From assembly GCA_965644315.1 (NCBI GenBank), contig CBFFRQ010000029.1:62001-126000 (forward strand): a DNA stretch of 64,000 nucleotides. Direction: 5' to 3'. The number at the start of each line of letters is the position of its first letter. The first letter of the stretch is position 1. Under the pieces are notes generated by a model that was not told the DNA's origin, did no database searches, and saw nothing but the letters and a program-made list of their open reading frames with translations. Below are positions 43,601 through 54,494 of the stretch, piece by piece. Made by a program: the position numbers and the translations under genes. Source of the stretch: Caecitellus pseudoparvulus (Eukaryota > Protista > Bigyra: Bicosoecida).

Positions 43601-44725
43601 TCTGCCGCCGCCCCTCGTGTCACCACGCACCCTGAGGCTCTTATTGGCCCCTCTCTCCCGCGCACCGTACTTCGTCCACTCTATGGCTGTGTACCCCATG
43701 TTGTCCATGAGTGCAGGGTTCGCGAGCTCTTCCAACAGCGTGCGGGCACACTGCAGCTGCCGAAAGCGGCATGCAAACATGAGAGCTGTTCGTCCTTGAC
43801 TGTTTTGAGCATCCACAGTTGCTCCATGCTTCAGAAGCTCCAAGAGAATGCCAACATCGCCACTGCCCAACGCTGCTGCGACCATCAAGGCGCTGGCCGT
43901 TTCCCCTGTCCCATGCTCCACAACAGCTTGCTGGTTCACTGCCGCTCCAAGCTCCAGTAGACGTCTCACCAGTCCGAGGCTTCGTTGTTGCACAGCGATC
44001 ACGAGCGGAGTCGCACCCAGAGCATCCGCGGCGTTCACGCTGACTCCGAGCCGAACCAGCGGCGCCAAATACTTGACAGCCTTCATCCGCACGGCAAGCG
44101 TCAGTGGCGTGTCCCCTCGGCGGGTCAGCCAAGACGTTGGCGCACCAAGTTCCAAAGCAATCAAAACGGCGTCCAGCTTCTCGTCCAGCAGCGCCCGCTC
44201 TAGCGTCCGGGTCAGGCGGCGAGAGCAGAACTGCCTGAGCAATGCCAGTCGCTTGGCTTGCGAACTCAGGTGGTCTCGAGCTTTGAGCCGCAAGACACGC
44301 TCCTTGTATGTGTCCCAACGCTCCTGGAGGAGCACTCGGCGCTCCTCCATGTACGACACCCCCGGAGTGGCGGAGCTGATGCCAACTTTCCGAAGCTTGT
44401 GCGCCAGCTCCTGGACAGCAAGGAATGCTTGCGATGGTGGCTTCGGCGCAAGGGACGGATCTCGCTTGATTGCGGGGACGTAGAGAGAGAAAATGGGCCC
44501 CAGAACTCTGCCTCCCATTTGCCAACCTCCACTGGTGAGGAACGGGCGCCGAAAGTGCTGCACCAGCTTCTTGCCACGGCGCTGCTCAATTGGAGGTGGG
44601 GGGCCATACACGCGGAACGTTGTAAAGGGCCTTTGCAAACGAGGTGTCTGTGCACCCAGAGGGGCTGGTTTAGCCTTGTCCATGGACCGTGGCGCAGGAG
44701 AAACCGACGTTGCCGGTGCAGACAT
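37640..44725 (-). CDS. ~2,360-aa ankyrin / B-box / TPR-like / RGS-like / IQ multidomain protein
   Basis: Uninterrupted 7-kb ORF. Ankyrins (GDTPLTLAV, GATPLVIAV, GRTALMFAC) ~43680-44200. B-box-like CDNC...LCERC...H..H ~42385-42515. RGS-like ~39300-39640. IQ motifs IQAVVRGWLAR and IQRIAKGFLAR. Confidence 0.88.
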   Translation of the reverse strand: MSAPATSVSPAPRSMDKAKPAPLGAQTPRLQRPFTTFRVYGPPPPIEQRRGKKLVQHFRRPFLTSGGWQMGGRVLGPIFSLYVPAIKRDPSLAPKPPSQAFLAVQELAHKLRKVGISSATPGVSYMEERRVLLQERWDTYKERVLRLKARDHLSSQAKRLALLRQFCSRRLTRTLERALLDEKLDAVLIALELGAPTSWLTRRGDTPLTLAVRMKAVKYLAPLVRLGVSVNAADALGATPLVIAVQQRSLGLVRRLLELGAAVNQQAVVEHGTGETASALMVAAALGSGDVGILLELLKHGATVDAQNSQGRTALMFACRFRQLQCARTLLEELANPALMDNMGYTAIEWTKYGARERGANKSLRVRGDTRGGGRPLTFDTSDVVSKVQRLLAGPGQKLSTLRPLGTAQPRMSERQAILSVVEEEFIAAMKQAIDSRLGKAQWKGNTMQGAESGQPALPVASSTTGAAAALLKRGHSVFEVVGKWMKVIGGETARAQDVERVFQAQLQATHRASRVGNIRRTAVAAFSNFAAEAARHREQEEAAERQKKLEAEAKASSALQQRQSLAAEQEEELGEELDDVVPEPGEWDCDPRAPAGVRRVLPELWLGYDLDESQFRLKPSKSILALAAHPSAVVRRQAIRQIRMRAAEVEAGLEEAAVQDAMRRTGKSRASLRSRGQLQKKLVKRARHDLDAALSAQIAFGNFLTGYEGAVSARLLAEHGSGAGGDSAPVIVLRQNQLCDNCSKRAARLRDLNSHRKLCERCTLWLAKQDGHRHHRFKPIPPDGLSDGIMAQRASKASKEQEALSLIRNKLMGGITRVRNHVSLSKTLESAALLTPGDASTDTQSTAASTRPSTAASGRTGISAAAVSPTEVLQHRFSEGLSRDLQEARQSENGGDHPALSAVSRLRAAKLEASKDAKAATERSIVATAASLLLAADPEFTGALPSVTAAADDGGSGDPGSATLAVIEELGRVRPQADSLEARQARQRFRPGSVGWQMTSRGLIGQAARERARRIATKAALLRQSQLGDIKALEKLKALISTSSAAGPGAKSDLPLHEKRRLAEAAMLTHYKSKVGSSTGTPPSAVLPIKSDMGKRESAPDGIEGDGAALPAGSLDSTTQTHPAALAVFRAFSPGQFLSGVDAQVPTEGPPTPHASSNAAEEERAALARTQKAERLREKKAARLQRMAALLAAEHEASIQGGEALRETFEDDILRLSRLAQSLEAGLDGETVGSPEAKATVLRRAALLQGSAQQTLGLEAEREEKAEGFSATGRGALLHEASRQLQSLGLGVPLPGQEWRQEGASPSSARVAGSSAKRASFAESRSTLDNLVDVERAKQAMGNAVRNLEAEQALSKQAETERAEAEAADRESRRTLARLRVQSMYERPPELQMAACQMDRGDLQAAKRTLTGLMQRQKINLPRQHLGFSGTLVLLGRLHSLEQDAQLAQSVLCEALELLRLHSVHPAHEDVRSAVTLLTESLSSAGLAYEANHKMEQYYQDLLSAFDAEESWKRRESVGAVSADDGHLLFNGRRTSEQERRHALADTMKVLELTRVQRETLDMMREDAVYQKRRQRAEFRASCRHNRTSHLVCLGVSWRLLQRWMYGQYTGDSLFQQMPELDPLISEDAFEPARQQGEQEALAALASAPEFFSVSARIDSDGASSSDEEGPGSSNHMLQFKLVPSTAELQQALAVKRWTRMLAQTARRQGIEDSVLFLAEVLAYRSIDKRRINIGSNFDLERRVETVRVSAASRIIDQFVRQPQRIPIIPMNIRDGILESQDKVPFPISAFDSAFEIVQEQVFAGPWTTMWQGKLGARYRRERTLSLCLPQWSISMLAKLAAKPVDRFASTIQAVVRGWLARGEVQARLGERFQTLRQRSPRLHDAEEFVLRWMQKVGTPEEVLRRLEAGEIMYDSPQLQTPADGESATDHGLHVEDAEEETWQDSTVPSTGVETVDVHSSAAEAHASAAYGIDADGFPWSVDVDGYTCYTDASWVSFYRDDTGAAYMYRASGEMTYFDPVPPNETTAAEILSNLETAAHAGSAETNYSLHGYATASTLTAEGELPHGSAEPDTFVGSESPAATSRLADTPQADPPETAEGSAVFVPARAISSGAGGSRRRPRVYRNNSEAASAIQRIAKGFLARCEVRRLLKRRYVCEYVPESDTFEYVDQLSGERKGAPPGWLTVHYPPVRKGAHPLLSKSSSKAPTSEAAISARLQQEAALAQSSQDSSRPSFFTTETIWNAPDAVKAAARAEGRQVSHGEDATSHEAEEELWGDGVSWGVDGLGFPWQRCEDGTYAYTERQGLTFFRTEEGAAFYFDDEGVEVVCEEGEVKPPTHEQLREFFGPGNGTISAPLLDD
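37740..38815 (-). repeat. Two copies of an aromatic ~50-aa protein module in the ankyrin/RGS giant
   Basis: YGIDADGFPWSVDVDGYTCYTDASWVSFYRDDTGAAYMY (~38670-38815) aligns by eye with WGVDGLGFPWQRCEDGTYAYTERQGLTFFRTEEGAAFYF (~37740-37885). Confidence 0.75.
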
Positions 44726-45032
44726 CGTGCGTTGCACCTGTCCCGCTGCTGCTTCAAAGCCCTGTCTCTCTGAGTCTGGAAGTGGACATCCAGCACGTAC
44801 ACAAAGAACCTTGCCCTCTGTGTCCTCGAATGTGGTTGGTCCCTGTCGTGGCGCTGCAACAGTATCTCAGATGTTGTGCGGGCTGGAGGGCGTCAATTTC
44901 CGCAAGTTTGACCCTTGCTCCATGCGCTGCCAACACGTCGAAGCAGGCTACGCAGCAAGTTCATGCATTCTCGGAGGCCAACTTCATAAAGGCCTCAAAT
45001 GTGCCATCTTGGAGGAAATGTGGATGTAGGCG

Positions 45033-46656
45033 TCACCTACTTCTCAACCCAACCCGACTGCGCTGGTCCGGCGGAGCAGACCTTCCTCGGCTGGCCAGCG
45101 GGTGCAGCTGCGCCCACTTCAACGAAGCAACCTCTGCTTTCGTAACCTCCTTCCGCAGCAGGCTTGCAGCTCCATGGCTTTGCAAGGGGGTGCTCCTTCG
45201 TTGGGCAAACTCGGCCTTGCTTGCAGCAGCGGCACTTTGCCCTGACGGCGCAGCATGCTGAGCTGACGCTGCCAAGTCTCGCACACTGACAGCAGGGAGG
45301 AGGTGGCCCATTCCACCTCGTGTTGCACGCATGGAGGCCTCCACCAACGGCGTAGCAGTGGTCGCAGCCCTTCCCTTGGAGCGAAGCAATCGCGCCGTGC
45401 TGGCCACAGACGCTGCAGCAGTAGAAGGCAGGGACTTGAGAGCATGGTCTTCGAAGAGACCACCACGCTTGACAGTGGAGCTCCTCCACGCTGCCTGACC
45501 ATAGGCAGTACCCGTTCTACGAGCGATGTGCTCGGCTGTGTGGTCACGAACCCGGTCAGGGATGGCCGCCTGCCCTGGTGCAGTGTACGGCTCCTGGCTG
45601 TGAATGCTCTTTATGTGGCGAACCTTCGAACCCCTGGTTCCACCTGCGGTGAACGCCCGTGGAGCAAGGTGACGAAGGCGAGAGTGGCGGGCTTCAGTCC
45701 GGCGAGCGGCTTCCTCCTCGCCGTACGCGGTGCTGCAGCGCAGGGTTCGCTTCACCTCGCCAGGATTCAAGCCCCCTGGAAGCACGGACCCAACGTAGCT
45801 GCGAGGGCCCGGCCCTTCTCCGTCCCGGAACGCTGATGCGGTGCGGAGACCCCGTGTGCGGAGGAATCGCTTGGACCCTCGCTTCAAGTGCGTCTCCATT
45901 GGGATGTTGAACGCAGAAGGCACTTCAGACGCATCTCGAGCATACGCAGGATTGAACACACCCCGAATGGATGCAGTGGACACAAGGTGGTGCAGGTTCT
46001 GGGTCGCTTTGTCAAAGGCGGCCTCGGCTTTCGCCTCCTCCGCTGCCAAGGTGGCAGACACCTGCTCATCCAAGTGTTGCTGCAGCTTGGAGCGCATTGC
46101 CTCGCCCTGCTGCACCACCCCAATGACGTAGGCTCTGCGAGCGAAGTAGTCATGCTTGTACCGTCTGGAGTAGAACCCCCGAAAGGACTTCTGGATCTGG
46201 ATAGCGGCGTAGTTGTGCACTGCTTCTTGGAAGCGCTCATTGGCTTCAGCACGCAGGCGACGAATACGCTGCCTTCCGAGGAAGCCCCGAAAGAAGCGCT
46301 GGATCTCCGCTGCGGCGAAACTGTGTGTGTGGCAAGGGTGACGGCACTGTGTGCTGCGGCGTGCTGCGGCGACCCGATGCATCATCGCAGCTTCTCACCA
46401 CTGCAGGATGACGTCTGCACGAACACAAGCACCTCGAAAGTGTCGCTGGATCGTCTTCGCTGCCCACTCTTCATCTTCATGCGCAGCAGCGGCATCTCTG
46501 CAAGCATGGTGCACATGTCCGTTGCTTTCGCATCACCTCGCTCATGGGCTGTGGGGTGCAGTTTCCGCAGACACCTCAGCGCACGCACGCTTTCCTCGCG
46601 GCCAAAGCGTGCAAGATGCTGTCCCGCTGTGCCCAGAGAGCAACAAACTCAGTCAT
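45033..46656 (-). CDS. SPATA17-like IQ-motif ciliary protein
   Basis: Spliced N-terminus MTEFVALWAQRDSIL...AAKTIQRHFRG, then two more IQ motifs (IQRFFRGFLGR, IQKSFRGFYSR) and the conserved-looking HHLVSTASIRGVFNP. Confidence 0.75.
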
Positions 46657-47124
46657 CTTGCGTGGAACTCTTCCTTGAATCAGCAAAACGCGGCAGGGCC
46701 TGGCAGGCCGGTCGCCGCTTCGACTCGCTCAGCTTGCCTGGCCTCTCGCAAGCCCGCCAGCCCAGCGTCCTGGACAGTCCTCAACAAGTCAGTTGCACAA
46801 GAGTGGAGCATTTCAAAGGGACACGTGGAAACCTTTTGTGTTCCGCCTTGTCAATTGTTCAGCTTTGCCTCCGATTGGAAGCCGCCGCAAGAGTGGACCG
46901 TGAGCCACCTCTGCACGAGAAAATGATGGATCAAATTGGGCCTACGCCAGGCCGAGGCGCGAGGCGGGCTCATCCCTTGCGCGAGAGTGCATTTCTTTAC
47001 GCCACCTGGGGCCGGGGAGAACCCTGACCTGCCAGCACGGCGCGCACTCTCCTGCTTGTATGTGCAAGCACCAGCCCTTGGCCGAAAAGTAAAGGAGGGA
47101 GCACTGACGAAACACGCGCCCTCC

Positions 47125-48554
47125 CTACTCAGATACGTCCCCTGTGGACCAGACCAGGATGAACTGGTCCCAAGACCCGGTGGCAAGTGCCTGTCCCTTG
47201 GCGTTGACTCCCAGACAGGACACGCGTGCGCTGTGCCCCAAGCCCTTGCTGTCAGCTCGCGCAGAGCGGTCTCGTGAGAGCCCCAGCTGGTACCACTTCC
47301 TGTGACGGGGGGCAGCGAGGAGTGAACGATGCATACAAAGTGTAGAGGCACTTGGCGCAGCACGCACAGGTTTTGGGAGGTCGTCTCCCAGGCCACGGCA
47401 GTGTTGTCTTCGTATCCAGCGAAGAGGAGTGACCCCGACGCGGAGTGAGCGATGCTCGTAACGCAAGATCCCATCTTCATCTGGTCTGAGAATACAGCGA
47501 TCGTGCCACGCGAGCGCAGGTCGAACATGCGGCAGGTGGAGTCATCAGAGGCGCTCGAGATGACGTTTCCGCTGGGGTAAAAGTCCACGGCGTTGACATC
47601 GGAATCGTGGCCAAAGAAGGTGTGCGTGCACTTGCCTGCACGAACGTCCCACACTCGCACAGAGCCATCGCAGGACCCGGAGCAGAAGACGTTCTTATCG
47701 TCTGGCCGAAGGGTGAGGCTGCGAGGCGAGCCGGAAGTGGGGGTGTACACAAAGCTGCCTGGAGGGATGCGAAGCTGAGAACGGCGCACCTCATCACGTC
47801 TGCAGCATGGTCCGTGAACTGCGTCGTGCGCGTGTTGCTGGTGATGTCCCACAGAATGCACGTGGAGTCGCCGGAGCAAGTCAGGATCTGCTCCGTGGAC
47901 AGGAACCGGCAGCAGGACAAGTAGCCCTCATGCCCCGTCAACTCGAAGGTTGGCTCGTTGATGGTGGTGTTGGGCGGGTTGGCCACGTTGAACAGCGAGC
48001 AAACGTTGTCAAGGCCGCCGCAGGCAACAAACTTCTGCGAGTCTTGCTCATATGCACAGGTCATGACCCAGGCAGACTTCAAGTTCACGGCGAGCTGCCG
48101 CGTCTCACTGCAACGGAAGCAGAGACAGCTGAGAGCTTTGCAGCGAGCGCCAAGGCTGCTGCACGTGCACGTACGTGAAGGCGTTCCAAATCAGCAGCTT
48201 GCCATCCTGAGAGGCCGACACCAGCCGCGTCGAATCCCCGGCCCAGTGCAAGGCGTAGATTTTGCCGAAGTGCCCCTGCAGGCGGCGGACAACAGAGAAG
48301 CCAAACTTGCCCTTTGCACCCCCCTGCATGCCAATGTTGTTCCAAATCTCGTCCAGCTCCTTCTCAGTCTCCTCACGGTTGGCCTCGAGTTCATTCTTGA
48401 GCTGCTCCGCCTCATCCTGCAGCAAGCAACGACGCCGCAGGTGCATGGCGCTGTGAAGGGACCAGGCGCCCCCTGGCACATAATAACGTACTTTGGCAGC
48501 ATCCAAGCGCTGCGTGAACTCTGAGCGGCGGTTGCGGCGTCCCCGGGCTGCCAT
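47125..48554 (-). CDS. GNB: Heterotrimeric G-protein beta subunit
   Basis: Motifs [68 protein letters not shown] and LATGSWD. About four GT-AG introns. Confidence 0.96.
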
Positions 48555-48771
48555 GGTGACGCTTGTCGTGTGTGTCGCTGTGCGACCTGCTAACGCAACT
48601 TCACAAATGCCGTGCCAAGCACACAGCACACTCGGGCAGAGAGATGGTGGGGCAGAGAGGATACTACATGTGAGGCTGGTTACGTGGAGCCGTGGTTTTA
48701 TGTTGAGACTCGTCCACTGATATCAGCAGGCCACGCTCGCCATTACACCTTGCATTGTGGAGGAGCAGCCC

Positions 48772-51700
48772 CTAGAACCATGAAGCCACACCGCCCCCCG
48801 GCTTCGCGCTGCCCCCCCCTCCTCCAAACATGCTGCTCAAGTCTGCAGAGTGACCGCCTTGGGTGCCCAGAGCAGGCTGTGTCGTCTGATCTGTGGAAGG
48901 GAAGGTGGCAGGCTGGCCGCTCTCGTACGGCAGTGGCCTAGCAGGCTTCGTCTCAAATGCCGGCGCTGCCGCTTCAACGTGCTGTGTTGAGACCACGCTG
49001 GGCTTGTTGAAACTTTGCACTGAACTCGGCGTGGTCAATGATGGGGGGGCTGCCGCTGGCTCCACAGGGGCGTGTGCAGCGGGGACCTGCTCTGGCATGC
49101 TTGCCACATACATGGGACGCCGACTAGCTGGTGCCCTTGTTTGGGGCAGCACCGCGGCAGGGGAGAAGAAAGCAGAGGCAGATGGTGTGGCTGCTGCATG
49201 GCTCGACGCAGCCACTTCTTGAACACTCCCTGGCCCTGCGTGCTGCTGCAGCACCACCTCTGAAGCAGGCAGCGGCACCCTGTCGGCTGCTGCAGCAGGA
49301 GACATACCATCAAAGGAATCAGAAGCGTCAGGTTCGAACACGTCTTTCAAATCTCTTTGCTCCTCTTGTTGTGAGCCAAACCAGCTGAAACTAAATAGGC
49401 CCATCCCGCTTGGCTGGGGTGCAGGCGCTGGCGCGCGAGGTGCAGGCTGGACTGTGCTGGCCAAGCCAGCAGGTTCACCCGCTGGTGCTACCACGCCAAA
49501 GTGCCCCACGGAAGGTGGGGTCAGAGACTCCTGGGCTGGCGGGGAGCTATCACGAGAAGGGCTGGAGGAGGGAGGCATGCCTTCTGCCTCGCCTCTTGCC
49601 TCCTTCGGCACAGGCAGGTGAGCAGCAGGAGGCGCTTGAGGCGCTTGAGGGGCTGGCTGCGTTGGGTCTGCTGGAACACAGCTAGAAGACCCCTCATCGT
49701 CTTCACCGTCCTCTGGTGTCATGACTGAAGAAGTTGCTGGCAAGACTTCTACCTGGCCTGGACTGTGGTCGCGGCTGGGCATTTCGTCGTGCCCCGCTAC
49801 CGCATCACCTTCCACGCTCTGCACTGGTGCACCGTCGCTGCCGCTTAGTGGCCCGCCGCCAGGAAGCACAGACAAAAGCAGAGCCGCGCCGGGGGCTTGA
49901 TATGCGTGCTGCTGTGGTGGAACTTCGGCCTCAAGCGTGAGGGCTGTCACATCCTCGCCCCCATCGGACACAGAAGAGTGCGAGGGTGTGTCCAGCGGCA
50001 CTTCCACGAGGTCCTGCTGTGGCGGTGTGGAAATCGACATCAAACCAGCGCCTGCATAGCTATGCTCTGGCGCCGAAGTGCTCTGCTGCGATGTGAGGGC
50101 CACGCAAGGTGCCTCTGCACCCCCGCAGGCGCCTGCAGCTGGAACGGTGCAGTCCGGCCTGCAGGGGCTGTCTGGGGGACACTGTGTCACTTCGGGGAGT
50201 TCACCCCCTGCTGCCTGGGAACTGCCCGTATCAGCTGCCGGAGATGATGGGCGTGCAGACAGGTCCAGCTTCCTTGGGGTGAGCTCCACATGCTCTGCGT
50301 CAGTGTCAGAGGGGGGGGACAAGTCCGAGTCCACCGCCGCATGCCGCCCACGCTGTCTTTCATCAGAGGTGACTTCTTCGCTGAAAACACCGACACTGCA
50401 GTCCGCGGCATCCCCCTCTCCGCAAGTGGCAAGTTCCATAGCGACCTTGGCTTCCCGCTTCGCTGCCAGCACTGCTTCAGCACCCCCCAGGCTGTGGAGC
50501 GCCTCCTCGAAAGCAGCGTGCTCGAAGTCTTGCTCGGCAAGCAAAACCAGCAAGTCTTCGTGCTCGGCTTGGAGGGAGGTGAATGCTGTCGCGGTCGACA
50601 GCCCGCCCACGCTCATGCCATCTTCAACAGTGTGCTCGGACTGCAGCTGCCCGCCGAGCCCAGCGCGCTCCGCAGCCAGCGCAAGCTGAGTCCGCAGTGA
50701 ATCACACTCTTGAGCCGCACGGTTTAGGCTGGCCTGCAACTCTGCTTTGTCGCTTTCGAGGCCCGTCAAAGCATCCTCAGCGTGCTCCTTCGCAGCTCGC
50801 TCGGATGCCACAGCCTCTTCAGCCCGTGCAAGCGCGTGGCGAAGCGTGGAAGTCGCTTCGTGCTGGACTTGAGCCTGCGAGGAACTGTGCTCGCGATATT
50901 CTCTCAGCTCTTCAAGCTCTGCTCGAAGAGTACCAAGCTCTGTGGCTAGTTGGCTGATGCGCGCTTGGGCCGCTTCGGAGGCAGTCTTGTGTTGAGCTGC
51001 CTTGCTTTCAGAGCGTGCTGCAGCTGCCCGAGCCTCTTCACAGGCAGCCTCAGCGTCCCTTGCCCGCTGCTCAACAGCGTGTAGTGCCTGCAAGGACTCA
51101 GGAGGCGACACTGAAGCAGGTGCCTCCACTGAGCCTGAGAGGGCCTCGATGTCTGCTTGAAGGACTTGAATCTGGGTCTCAGCCTTCATCGCTCGTGCCT
51201 CTGCCTGTGCAGCCCGAGCTTGAGCCGCTTGCAAGGCTTGTGGGTCAGCACCAGCTGGGCTGTCTGAGGCTGGTGACCTCTCACCCCGCGCGTTCAGCTC
51301 CCTCAGCAGCGCAGCGGAGCGAGCTTTCTCTTGTTCAAGCTCTGCTTGAAGGCGCAGTATGCTGGCTGGCTGGTGTGTGTGGGATGGCCCTGATCCGGGG
51401 ACAGATGAGCGCAGGCTCTCAAGCTCGCCAAGCTGCGAGCGAATGATGTCCTGATAGCCAGCAACCAGCTCAGCTGCGGTGGTGGGGTCCAGCTCCGCAG
51501 CTGAATCCACCTGAGCGCCTGGGGTGAGAAAGGACGCGACAATTGCTTGTCGAAAAGCCGCCTGAAGTGCGCTCAGCCCCACAAACACGGAAGCTGGGGC
51601 TACGCTCCAAGGTAGGGAAGGAAGCGGTGGGCTGCCTTGAGGGTGCTGGCTCTGTACCTCCCATAAAACATCTTCTGCCGCCAAGACACGTCCGGAAAAC

Positions 51701-54014
51701 GTCGCTACCGCTTCTCCTGCATGCTGTGCGACAGCCGCCAGGATGTGTTCTTCCGACCTGGCAGGCAAAAGGGAGCACGCAGCCTGCCACTGCGTCGAAG
51801 CCTGGGCAAGGGCGGCGTGGCGGGCTAAAGCAGTGACTGCACCTGTGACAGCAGAGATGCTGCTTTTGGTCTTGATGAATGCCAACAGTGCTGGCCTAGA
51901 TCCCATATCGGCCTCGTCACCTGCCGCTGCAGCGCAGAGAACGCTTTGCATGAGCAGGGCGCATGTCAGCCCAGCACAAACACCCTCCTCGTCACCATGG
52001 CTAGCACCTGAAGCAATTGCTGAGACGAGTACAGCTGCTGCAGGGTGTGTCCAGAGTTGGTGAACACACCGAGCATCACCCTCCAGCCAGCTCAGAACTA
52101 AGCGAACAAGCGGGAGCGCGGCCGCAAGGATGCCAGGCGGACTGGAAGGCTTCTGCAAGGCCACAAGCACCTGGCACAGAACATCCACAATACAATGAAA
52201 CAGAGACACTCTGGCAGGGGGGGTGGACGCAGTCACAGCGGGGACAGAAATGGCGCTCGCAACCTCCCGGGCGGTAGCACTGTTCCCCAACACAGTGGCC
52301 AGCATGGCGCAGGTTGCGGCAAGGACCGCACCATCACCATGTTCAAATGCAGCTGGAGTCTCCTGTGAGCAATGTGAGCTCACGGAGCGAAGACTGGCAT
52401 GCATAACGTCGACCAGAAGGCGGCATGGGGGTACTATCGGTGCTGGAGCATCGTACGCGCTGGGATGGCAAGACGCTGGCAGAAAGCCCGGCGGTGGGAC
52501 CACAGGGGGAGGAGCGAGCACGTGCGACAAGCTCGACACGGCTGTAGTGTCCCCTGCCCCCCGCCCTGTGGCGGCAGCCGCTGAGGTCCAGCATCGCACG
52601 CAATGCCAGGCTGCGCGGCGAGGAGAGGGCAGCTGCACCTGGCCGCCGAGTCCCAAGCCCACAGTCGGCTCCTCGGCACCAAGCAATGCTGTGCGCATGA
52701 TGCTGGTCCAAAGAAGCACCAAAGCTACCGCGCTTTGTTTTCCAGCTTGAATGGCCGCGTGGGCGTCGGCAGTCAGCACTGCAGCGCCTGGCCGCCCGAA
52801 GGCAGGGTTCGTGACACCCTCACCCGCAGCAGCCACTGCTGACGCAGCAGGCATCAGCTGGAGAGCGGTTCTCCCTTGGTTGCCTTCGTGGCCATCCACA
52901 AGCCCTGCAAGGGCCAGCATGGCTTGAACATTGATGCTGGACGGGGCAGCGGGGTCCGTGGCAAGGCACGACACGCGCTCGAGCAAGCCTGCAGCTGCCC
53001 CCAAGGCTTCTTGCACGGCAGCGACGGTGCGCTGCCTGGCGCGGAACGCTGCAGCAAGTTCGTCCGCACCTGACTGGGAGCCTGACAGCACACCATGCTT
53101 CGCCAAGGAGCACTGCGTGCAGCGCTGGATGATACTCAGGCAGGACCCGAGTGCCGCCCGTGCCGGTTCAGACATTCCTCCGGCGCTGACGTCATCAGCT
53201 TGAGGTTGCAAGCAAGCAACCAAGCAGGGAAGAGCTGGGCTTTCGACGAAGAGCTTCTGGCTGGTATCGTTATTGAGAACAAGGTTCCCCAGCAGGAGCA
53301 AACAGTCGCCGACGACAATGCCACGGTACGCTTCGGCCTCCACTATGGAGGCCAGGGCACTGAAGGCGTCCTGGAAGGCAACAAACGTCTGCATCTCTGA
53401 GTTTCCCTCAGTTGTAGCCACAAGCAGCAGCAAGGCTTCGTTTCGCACTTCTTCCCGGGCGTCGCGCAGAGCCTCCAGCAGCTTCATCATGCCCGCGCCA
53501 CAGCTCAGCATGGCACCCACCGTGCCCTTCGCATCCACTGTGTGGAGGCTTTGAAGCACTTGAATGCTCAGCAAGCGCGTCCAGATGTCAGGAGAGGCTG
53601 TGGAGACAAGCAGGGAAGCCACCCACGCGCTATTGCTCACAAAGCCTGCGGCAGCTCGCCGGGCAGCAGCGGCATGGTCTCCTGCCTGAAACACCACCAG
53701 GAGGAGCTCCAGACACGCTTGCGCAAGGTCTGCACTGCAACCCTCCTCTCCCAGCGTGGGCATGAGAACAGAAGGTGCGAGCTGGCCCACCAAGCCTGGG
53801 TGGGCAGACGCGGCATCCTGTGAAGCGATGGAAAAGGCGGCGTGAGTGCGCGGAAATAGCTCCTCGCCCGTTGGCTTCAGCGACTCGCCATGAGTTCCCG
53901 GAGAATGTCTTGCTGATCCGCCGCGGAGGAGGCATGGTGGAACCTGTGGCACATCTGCTTCACTGAAGCTTCTGCATCCTCGCCCCCACCCTCTGCTGAC
54001 CATTGTCCCAACAT
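48772..54014 (-). CDS. USO1: Vesicle tethering factor USO1/p115 with long disordered C-terminal extension
   Basis: Armadillo head motifs LLEALRDAREEVRNEALLLL and QTFVAFQDAF, a coiled coil, and the C-motif EHEDLLVLLAEQD. First exon MLGQWSAEG...SVKQMCHRF...LRELM joins through a probable GC-AG intron 53888-53818. Confidence 0.85.
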
Positions 54015-54494
54015 CCTGTCCTGCTGCCGCCGCCTGGCCTCGCACGTTGTGCCCCTCCAGCAAGGATACGGACCCAGCAATCACTGAATGCGAGAGGAGA
54101 CGAGAGTAGCTCCTGTCAAGGCGGGTGTGCTGGAAACTTTTGCACATTTTGCCCTCCGTGCAGCACTGACACCGCGCCAATCCGGACCTGCCCTGCCTCG
54201 CAAGCCACCAAGGAAGTCGACGTGCTGGGCTGTGTCGGGAAGTGCGGGCCTTACGCACCAGCCAGGCGTGTCGGGCACCCACAACAAATCAACCAGTGCA
54301 GACTCTTGTCGTCCATGCTTTCCATGGGCAAACGCGCAGTTCTGCTCCCCGACCCACCCCGGGCAGGATCATCATCCAGGATCCCAGGGTCTGGCGAAGT
54401 GCACTGCACCACGCCATTCCCGCGGCCGTCGGTTGTGGTCTCCAGGGCTCGCTCCCCACACGACCAGGTGCAGGTGTCCACCTTCTCTGTCATC

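Noticed and set aside
49615-49660. Short tandem GGCGCTTGA repeat
   Set aside because: It simply encodes PQAPQAP in the disordered USO1 tail.
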